A DNA stretch of 63,910 bases, filler included, from Octopus bimaculoides (Eukaryota), in the NCBI RefSeq assembly GCF_001194135.2. It is 4 parts of 4 records of this genome, joined end to end, with 100 filler letters (N's around TTAATTAATTAA, not from the genome) between each part and the next. Parts side by side here need not be neighbours in the genome. Positions count along the whole stretch, not along the records: positions 62,211 to 63,910 come from NW_026362239.1; 3 more parts are not named here. One strand, 5' to 3'. Below, piece by piece: positions 63,421 through 63,910 of this stretch. How positions within the stretch are numbered: the first letter of the stretch is position 1; every line of letters begins with the position of its first letter. The translations under genes and the position numbers were made by a program. Under the pieces are notes generated by a model. It was not told the DNA's origin. It ran no database searches and saw nothing but the letters and a program-made list of their open reading frames with translations.

Positions 63421-63804
63421 AAAGCCAGATTATAAAACTTAATTTAAATGTCTATGTATTATGAGCGTGAGTGTTAACTATTCAATCAAACATTAATTAC
63501 AATTAAAAAACAACAAAAACACATTAACGGACGGTACTATCAAGTGCAATCCAAAACAATCGAAATTCACTCAAACACATACTAATTGAAACCCTTTCAT
63601 GTCCAAGGTAGTCTCTGGTCACCACAACATACAACAATAAGATATGTGTGTATATAAATGTATATAATTAATTATCTAAGTCTTCCCCTATGTATAACTG
63701 CAACAAAAAATATATAAACAATTACATCTTCAATACAACGCTTTTATTTATATAAATTAATTGATATAAAAAGCAATTATTATTTAGATTAACTAATAAT
63801 AATC

Positions 63805-63910
63805 TTCTATTATTATTATTACTATTATCCCTTTTTGGCGGATACGAGATTTTCCTATCACCGTGTCGGCCGGGAGCGGGCGGTGGAGGTACTGCGGTGC
63901 TATTTCGGAA
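63805..63910 (-). mobile_element. Probable 3' end of a non-LTR retroelement with a (TAA)n tail, truncated by the window edge
   Basis: An abrupt GC/CpG-rich segment whose minus strand ends ...gtatccgccaaaaaggg-ataatagtaataataatag. Confidence 0.35.

Overview
AT-rich animal genomic DNA packed with microsatellites and broken by many N gaps. The repeat landscape (dense AT/CA/AAT/ATCT arrays, tRNA-derived CORE-type SINEs) suggests a coleoid cephalopod, probably Octopus; this is an inference and was not verified. I recognise no intact host protein-coding gene, rRNA, tRNA or CRISPR array. Almost all long entries in the ORF track are artefacts of microsatellites and N runs. The supportable content is transposon debris: about 25 SINE copies in several modular families, fragments of RTE, CR1, RLE-type (R4/NeSL-like) and Penelope-like retroelements, a nested mariner remnant, a frameshifted hAT transposase and a few MITEs. 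Three identical 100-nt spacers (N44-TTAATTAATTAA-N44) show that the window is four artificially joined scaffolds. The third scaffold (42.2-62.1 kb) is strongly CpG-depleted compared with the first two. The most interesting items are: a ~690-bp fold-back element with ~280-bp inverted arms and a minimal hammerhead-ribozyme motif; a second hammerhead motif next to a Penelope-like ORF; an 86-bp near-perfect palindrome; a SINE whose 3' tail matches an RTE LINE in the same window; and the CpG-depleted domain, which may be a methylated gene body with two weak exon candidates in the window. All family names come from motif recognition by eye, not from database searches.
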